Shown here: positions 39,520 to 39,670 of the stretch, piece after piece
How the letters are laid out: each line of letters opens with the position of its first letter
Position numbering within the stretch: the first letter of the stretch is position 1
Assembly: GCA_965662235.1 (NCBI GenBank)
Contig: CBFIGY010000029.1
Location: forward strand, 1 to 39,670
DNA: 39,670 bases
DNA from: an uncultured bacterium
GTDB taxonomy: Bacteria > SAR324 > NAC60-12
Direction: 5' to 3'
The notes under the pieces: model-generated
The model's input: only the letters and a program-made list of their open reading frames with translations
Database searches by the model: none
Told to the model about the DNA's origin: nothing
Position numbers and translations under genes: made by a program

Positions 39520-39670
39520 ATGCCACACTACGCCTTCAACATCGTCGGTTCCGTCCAGAAGTACCGAGACTATTCAACTGCGGTGAGTTGGCTCGATCGC
39601 GCAGTGAATGAGGTTGAAGCGACGAGGCTCGCAGAAATCATCGAGGCGGTTTTCGAAGACCTGTTCTCTG
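39520..39670 (+). CDS. 3'-partial hypothetical protein
   Basis: AGGTGA SD-like sequence, then MPHYAFNIVGSVQKYRDYSTAVSWLDRAVNEVEATRLAEIIEAVFEDLFS, open to the window edge. Confidence 0.5.
   Translation, partial: MPHYAFNIVGSVQKYRDYSTAVSWLDRAVNEVEATRLAEIIEAVFEDLFS

Overview
GC-rich bacterial chromosomal window made mostly of housekeeping genes. The gene mix suggests a deltaproteobacterial/SAR324-like marine bacterium, which is inference only. Gene order: partial Ig-like surface protein; folE-queD (-) divergent from a secreted Cys-type glutathione peroxidase; a glnB-ptsP-holA-GNAT-patatin operon (-); rsmA and an S41-like protein; hypotheticals; mnmA-aroK-xseB-rne-selA-TPR; an Lrp/AsnC regulator; aspartate kinase; a degenerate ClpB paralog; a TerB-like protein; guaB, a lipoprotein, purB, paaZ, EamA and hrpA; a PAS-only protein; and a BCP/PrxQ peroxiredoxin. 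Main observations: (1) the peroxiredoxin is split in the ORF track by an in-frame TGA at the peroxidatic position (TPG-U-T), followed by a SECIS-like hairpin, with selA in the window, so it is very likely a Cys-free selenoprotein; (2) a sigma54-like motif with a non-canonical -12 element (YGGCAYR-N4-YTGAAR) recurs upstream of four genes, two of them mirror-image promoters around a central palindrome; (3) the aspartate kinase carries fungal Hom3-type signatures; (4) RNase E lacks the Zn-link; (5) the ClpB and S41 homologs look like pseudo-enzymes; (6) a possible leaderless Trp-Trp uORF; (7) near 38.9 kb a probable mobile-element boundary (direct repeats plus IHF-like sites) is followed by a long hairpin-rich non-coding region and an unknown ORF cut by the window edge. 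No rRNA, tRNA, CRISPR array, integrase or transposase was seen. All family calls come from motif recognition by eye, without database searches.
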